The position numbers and the translations under genes were made by a program. This document shows positions 57,738 through 64,000 of a stretch of 64,000 nt of DNA, one piece after another. This DNA is from Eledone cirrhosa (lineage: Eukaryota), in the NCBI GenBank assembly GCA_964016885.1, contig OZ024742.1, forward strand, positions 222,270,001-222,334,000, in the 5' to 3' direction. Below the pieces are notes generated by a model, which did not search any database, was not told where the DNA came from, and saw only the letters and a program-made list of their open reading frames with translations. How positions within the stretch are numbered: the first letter of the stretch is position 1; every line of letters starts with the position of its first letter.

Positions 57738-58083
57738 AATATGGTTTTATAAATATAGTTTCCATTTGTTAATATATTGTGTATATATATATATATATAT
57801 ATATATTAAGATATAATACATAACTAATAAATAATTTCAAGTTTTTGAGGGGTTTTTTTTTTTACGCAAGCTTATATGATAAAACAAACAAATGAAACAT
57901 TCGAAATATATCGATATATTTATATTCTATTGCAAGATACAATCTTATTGCAGGTATGTTTTTATTCATACCCCATGAATTTCATTATAACAGAATTTCA
58001 CTGTATATGAATTATGGAGCTTAAGCAAGATTTTTCAGTAATTTGCATTTCCATTTTTTTTTTCATCATTGCTTCTCTACATT

Positions 58084-58114
<31 letters not shown>

Positions 58115-58227
58115 CACAGGCTGTCCCTCCAAAATATATACACACTTTGATTACCTGTACAGGCAATATTTATTAGAATGCTGTTGAAGTATATATACAT
58201 TGGGGGGGGGGGGGAACAACCTGTATA

Positions 58228-58574
58228 TATCATTTCATCATCATCATTTCATTTTACGTCCACTTTTCCCTGCTTGCAAGGGTGGGACGGAAACTGATTC
58301 TGGCTTGATTTCTACAGCTGGATGCCCTTCCTAACACCAACCTCATTTACAGTGAGTGCTGGGTGCTTTTTTTGCCATGGCACCTCCACGACCACTTTGC
58401 AGTGGAATGATAAGGACCCCAGTCCCTATCATCTCATTTCTACAGCTGAGTAAACTGGAGCAATGTGAAATAAAGTGTCTTGCTCAAGGAAACAACACAT
58501 CACCCGGTCTGAGAATTGAACTCACAACCTTTCGATTGCAAGCCAATGCTCTAACCACTAAGCCATGTGCCTCC
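58228..58574 (-). mobile_element. SINE family A
   Basis: Nearly identical to 3352-3694. Confidence 0.88.
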
Positions 58575-58751
58575 ATAAATAAATAAGAACCAGCAAAATA
58601 TATAGAAAAATAAGTAAAAATCAATGAGGGCCATTATATAAAGATGTTTCCAGGAAAATTAAAAAGTAATTAGTCATGTAATTTTCCTGCTTTTTTCATT
58701 GATTTTTGTTGTTTCTAGTTTTCATGGCTTCATATGTTCTTGGTCAAAATA

Positions 58752-59140
58752 ATGTGTGTTGTGTGTTCTTGTACAAAATACTGTGTGTGTTATGTGAGTT
58801 GTGTGTTGTGTGTTCTTGTACAAAATACAGTATGTGTTATGTGTGTTGTGTGTTCTTGTACAAAATACTGTGTGTGAGTTGTGTGTTGTGTGTTCTTGTA
58901 CAAAATACTATGTGTGTGAGTTGTGTTATGTGTGTTCTTGTACAAAATATTGTGTGTATGAGTTGTGTGTTGTGTGTTCTTTTACAAAATACTGTGTGTG
59001 TGAGTTGTGTGTTGTGTGTTCTTGTACAAAATACTATGTGTGTGTGTTGTGTGTTCTTGTACAAAATATTGTGTGTGTGAGTTGTGTGTTGTGTGTTCTT
59101 GTACAAAATACTACAATATTGTGTTGTGTGTGTGTTCTAT
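58752..59140. repeat. ~30-42-bp minisatellite (TGTGTGTTGTGTGTTCTTGTACAAAATACTGTGTGTGAGT) x~9
   Basis: Recurring TCTTGTACAAAATA core. Confidence 0.92.
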
Positions 59141-59604
59141 AGAATAAGACCATGTTGTATGTATGTGTTGTGCATATGTTTATGTATGTATGTCTGTGTG
59201 TTTTTGTGCTGTTGTGTGCCTTTGTGTTTACATGTGTGTGTGTATGTGTTTGTGAGAGAGAGAAATTGACATGTTGACAGTTGCAACTGGTGCATTCTTC
59301 CCAGTATTGCAGGAATGGGTGATGGGAGTGTAGTAGTTGTATAGTGGTGGGGCAGTAGTGGTATGGTGGTGTAGTGGAGTAGTGGTGATATAGTGATAGT
59401 CGTGTGGTGGTGGTGTAGGGATAATGGTGTAGTGTGGTATGGTGGTGATAGTGTGGTCGTGGTGGTGGTGTAGTGATAATGATGTAGTGTGGTATGGTGG
59501 TGATGGTGATAGTGTGGTGGTATGGTGGTGGTGGTGGTGGTGGTGGTTATGTAGTGATAATGGTGTAGTGTGGCAGTGGTGTGGTGGTGGTTGTGTGGCA
59601 GTGT

Positions 59605-59618
59605 GTTACCATGGAAAC
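59605..59618. promoter_or_regulatory. Candidate RFX X-box (GTTACCATGGAAAC)
   Basis: Matches the GTTNCCATGGNAAC palindromic consensus. No linked gene was identified. Confidence 0.3.
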
Positions 59619-59921
59619 CTCTCTCTGTAAATATTTTAGTACACCAGGACGATGATAATGATGAAAAAGGAGACACTGAAAGCGAAAAAGACGAAAAGAA
59701 AGATGAAAAGGAGTTGGAGAAGATAATGAAGAAGAAGGTGGAGGAGAGGATGGAGAAGGAAGAGAAGGAGAGGAAGAAGCTGAAGAAGAGTTGAAGAAGA
59801 TAATGAAGAGGAGAAGAGAAAAAAGGGGGAAGAATTGTATGTTGCAGATAGTAATCCTTTTTAAATTCGATTCCAAACTATTCCAAGAAAATTGGTCAAA
59901 TATTAGGTTGTCAACAGAATA

Positions 59922-60005
<84 letters not shown>

Positions 60006-60183
60006 CACTATGTATGTATGTATGTATCAGTATATATATATATATATATCTGCTTGCCTATTCATATACTCAGGTACAAATATACATATGCACACAGTCA
60101 TATAGTTAGTTTATACACTTACACACGCCATGTGTGTATACAAATATATAGAAAATGTATATATATGTGCATACACTCCTCCA

Positions 60184-60222
<39 letters not shown>

Positions 60223-60339
60223 TTGTGTAGATGCCTATTTATGCATACTTATATACGTATATACTTATGTATTTGTGTGTGTGTTGGTGTGTGTACATGG
60301 CTGAAGGCAAATAACTGAAATCAGTAAAAGAATAAAAGA

Positions 60340-60436
<97 letters not shown>

Positions 60437-61293
60437 TATAAGCAAAGATACAGAGACACATATTTTCTATAGTCTGCATACAACTACGCATATGTACACA
60501 TACAATCACGCTGATGCACAACAAGCATCCTTTGCAACACACACATATATGTATATATATATATCTGTGTGAGTGCATTTACATATATGCAAACACACAG
60601 ACACACACACCTATAGACCTATAATCAGACACGTGAACTCTTATAATCATGTACTCTGAAAGCATGCTACTACAACAGCACACAGAGAAATCAATATATG
60701 CCCTATTTTCTTCGAAACCCTAACAAAACAACAATTCTTCAGATTGGCTGAAACAAGGCAGCCTGCAATACAATGAGGCACTGTCAACTATTTCACTAAG
60801 GCATAGCTACATATTTCCAATACATTGCTATATACATTCCTACTATATGTGTGAAGGCATGACTGTGTAGTTAAGTCGTTCACTTTGCTTCATAACCACA
60901 TAATTTCGGGGTCACTTCTGCCACCTGGGACCTTGGGTCTAGTGTCTTTTATTTTTATAGTCGAGAGTTGACTAATTCTTGGTGAATAACATTATAGAAG
61001 CCCTTCATATATCACCATCATCAGCATCCTTGGGTCTACATCCATTTTTCCATGCTGGCTTTGGTTGAACGGGATATTTTGAGATAATGTTTTACAGCTG
61101 GATACCCTTCCTGATGCCAACCCTTTTAGTGGCCTCTTACAGCACACAAGGATGTTATGTGTTCTAAAAACTGGGATACACCTGGTATTACATACATACA
61201 TACATGTGTGTGTATTTATGTGTATATAGTGTATATATCTGTGTGTGTGTATATATTTATGTGTATATATCTGTACATGTATATATCTGTGTG

Positions 61294-61324
<31 letters not shown>

Positions 61325-61338
61325 ATGTGTATATATAT

Positions 61339-61630
61339 GGAGGCACATGGCTTGGTGGTTAGAGCATTGGCCTTGCAATCAAAAGGTTGTGAGTTCAATT
61401 CTCAGACCGGGTGATGTGTTGTGTCCTTGAGCAAGACACTTTATTTCACATTGCTCCAGTTTAGAAATGAGATGATAGGACTGTAAAGTGGATGTGTAGG
61501 CGCCACGGCAAAAAAGCACCCAGTACTCACTGTAAATGAGGTTGGTATTAGGAAGGGCATCCAGCTGTAGAAATCAAGCCAAAATCAGTTCCTGTCCCAC
61601 CCTTGCAAGCAGGGAAAAGTGAACGTAAAA
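61339..61630 (+). mobile_element. SINE family A (internally shortened)
   Basis: Head GGAGGCACATGGCTTGGTGGTTAGAGCATTGGCCTTGCAATCAAAAGGTTGTGAGTTCAATTC; the body matches 3352-3694. Confidence 0.85.
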
Positions 61631-61815
61631 TAATTGTTTCTAATTTAGGCACAAGGCCAGCAAATACCCAGTGCATTACTGGTACTTTATTTTATCGACC
61701 CCGTAAAGATGAAAGGCAAAGTCAACCTCGGCGGGATTTGAACTCAGATCGTAAAGGGACGTAACTATGCTGGAAAGCATGGCGTCCGACCCTCTACCGA
61801 TACTGCCAATCCACG
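61631..61815 (-). mobile_element. SINE family C inserted into the tail of the family-A SINE
   Basis: Full-length reverse-complement copy, nearly identical to 14050-14228. The ATG-type tail resumes after it. Confidence 0.88.
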
Positions 61816-62254
61816 ATGATTATATATATATATATATATATATATGGCAGTGAATTAGCAGAGTCGTTAAGATGGATAGAATGTTTTATGGTATTCGTCC
61901 CGCCTCATTGCACATTCTCAGTTCAAACCCCGCCATGGTCAACTTTGCCTTTCATCCTTTCGAGGTCGATAAAAAAAAGTACCACTCCAGTACTGGGGTT
62001 GATTCTTCCTCTATAGAAAAAATCGGTTGTGTTCAGACCTGGAGAGGGTTGGGCTACGCCAGGTTTAAAAGTGCCCTAGACACACCGTATGAAGGAGTTA
62101 TGGGATCTTTATCCTTCTATCCTTTTTTAAAAATATATATAAGTATATATATCATCATACATATATATGTATGTAAAAGGTAAACAGAAATAACAACACA
62201 ATCAGTAAATGGAAGGGATATATTTGGTTAACGCTTGATATAGCAGGAAGAGGG

Positions 62255-62290
62255 TCTTAACGTTTCGGACGCTAGTCCTTCATCAGAAGA
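62255..62290 (-). ncRNA. Minimal hammerhead-like motif (Penelope pLTR type)
   Basis: Minus strand reads TCTT-CTGATGA-A-GGAC-TAGC-GTCC-GAAA-CGTT-AAGA. It has a 4-bp stem I, a 4-bp stem II, a palindromic ACGT stem III, and one extra A after the core. Confidence 0.55.
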
Positions 62291-63437
62291 AAGAATGAGA
62301 AATAAGATAGATTGAGGGGATGGGCGGGATGGAATTGGAAAAAAATGTCTTTATTCATGTTGACATCTCTTGCAAAACTGTTGTTGTTTTGTGTATGATT
62401 TATTTTTTAGAAAAGTGGATGATGGAGTGTGTCTACCGGAAATGGAAAAAAAAAACGTTTTGTATAAAGAGCTATACTTGTGCATGTGCGTAAGCATGTG
62501 TTTGTGGGTATATATATAAATGTTCCATCATAATTTTATGTAAGAACTTCTAAGTTATATTTCAAAGTTAGTTGTTTCTAATTTCCTTCTTGATTATTTT
62601 AAAATCATATTCAGTGCCTTTCATTAGAAATATGGTAATAAAATTTGGCTGCTCATCACTACCATCACACACTATTTCCTTTCTTTTGCAAAAGGTCCTG
62701 AACTCAAAATATCAGGAAATATAAGATTTTTCTTCATTTACTCTAGTTTTCACGCCCATGTTTCTAGCATACATTGTACTTATTTTCCTAAAACTATCCT
62801 AACCACACTTCTAAACATCTTCTGTCATAATTGTATGTAAAAACTTTTGTTAAATTATGTTCCAAACAACATATTAATAATGAAAAGGTTATTTTACTAA
62901 ATCCCTTCAAATTGTGGTTTATTTTCAAACTGATTTGAAAATTATAGGCAATGTCTTTCAATAGAAATATGGTAGCATAGGGTTAATAGTTTTGTGAACT
63001 AGTCACTACAAATCTACTTGACATAAGTGGCAATTGCTTTAAAAAGATAACTTTGGTTGATTCACTGTCCTAATTACTGGAGCTAAATTTATTGTCACTT
63101 GTAGAATTCCCAAGAATTCTATTAATGTTGTCTGTAAAATATAAGTTTCATGATGTTTGGAAAATCGTATGAGGAATGCGTGACAAAAAAATATATTTGA
63201 GAACTACTGATCTAGGATGTGACCTACATTGTTTCACAAGTGTAGGTGTGATTTGGGGCAGATTCATTGTATTTTGTTGTTGGGTAAAGTTGCATAAGGA
63301 TAAATTATATATAATGTATCATGTCTCTGATACCTTATGGATTGAGATCCTAGTTGAAAGGTTTCTGGTACAAGTTGTTGTTCGCCCCCCCCCCCCCCCC
63401 TCTCATTACCCACATATTCCTTGGAAGGTTGTGGGGG

Positions 63438-63672
63438 GGAAGATTCCTCAAATACTCCTTTCAACAGGTCCTGTCAGAAGCAACCATCTACAACTGATCT
63501 GGCTGGATCCCCAAGCGAGACTAGTTGAGCTCATGAATGTTATCCAACCATCTTGCTCAGGGTCTACCACTGGGTATCCTACCAGTTGGTTTTGCCCATA
63601 AAATCTGTTCAGCGATTCTTTCTTGAGACATTCAAAGCTCATGCCTGTAATATTGGAGCTGTGATCTCTCAA
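63438..63672 (-). mobile_element. 3' fragment of the same RTE family as 46445-47835
   Basis: CCTCAAAT..GGTCCTGTCAGAAGCA..CAACTGATC..GAGCTGTGATCTCTCAATT matches 46487-46714. Confidence 0.82.
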
Positions 63673-64000
63673 TTCTGTTGTGGTTTTAATTTTTATTTAA
63701 TTTTAAATGTGTAAATTGTAGTTTGTGGTGTTTTTTTTTTTGTCTAGTCTAGGTTTGTTGTACTTAGCTACTGTGTAAAGAAAAATTGTATAATATAGTT
63801 TTTTTTACTGTTACAGAATCTCAGTAGCTTTCATATTATTCAAGTAGGTAACTCATGTAAACATTTCTCATTAAATAAATCAGACTTATGTCGTCTGTTT
63901 AGCTCACAATCATATGGTCATGCGCTCGATTTCTGGTGACGCATTGTATCCTTAAGCAAGATACTTTATTTCATGTTGCTCCAGTCTACTCTGCCGGCAA

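Larger units (their letters stand above)
57418..57780. repeat. Perfect inverted repeat, 181-bp arms, 1-nt spacer (A57599)
   Basis: 57418-57598 is the exact reverse complement of 57600-57780, checked base by base by eye. The centre is GGAATCTCC-A-GGAGATTCC. Confidence 0.96.
56818..58004. mobile_element. Possible pogo/Tigger-like DNA element enclosing the palindrome
   Basis: Left end TGGTAAATTCTGTTATA versus reverse complement of the right end CAGTGAAATTCTGTTATAA; the match is imperfect. Confidence 0.35.

Noticed and set aside
59547-60008. Minus-strand ORF with a hydrophobic stretch and a Ser/Pro tract; plus-strand E/K-rich ORF
   Set aside because: Low-complexity sequence with starts inside microsatellites, and no convincing splice sites or domain.
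61339-61412. tRNA gene (Cys-like) in the SINE head
   Set aside because: A and B boxes are present but the acceptor and anticodon stems do not pair, and the sequence continues into a repeated SINE body.

Overview
AT-rich, microsatellite-dense eukaryotic (animal) DNA. The SINE/LINE content and an RTE element with a C2H2 zinc-finger tail suggest an octopus or other cephalopod, which is an inference. No host protein-coding exon can be supported, and almost all listed ORFs are microsatellite or satellite artefacts. Retroelements present: the intact 3' half of an RTE LINE ORF ending in three C2H2 fingers (1-1189), a decayed Gypsy pol (7.3-9.6 kb), an internally deleted HERO-like RLE element (10.6-11.5 kb), a Penelope-like GIY-YIG element (12.2-14.4 kb), several RTE relics, and two CRE-like 3' fragments. 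Other repeats: at least three tRNA-derived SINE families, TA and TTAA MITEs, a 4.3-kb (TA)n field, and a ~60-copy 108-bp satellite with a 42+42+24 substructure. The most striking unannotated signal is five hammerhead-ribozyme motifs of three sequence types. One lies at the Penelope 3' end, has a ~100-nt stem II, and carries a SINE inserted at its catalytic core. Two more are mirrored within a perfect 181-bp-arm palindrome at 57418-57780. All structures were paired by eye; nothing was computed or searched.
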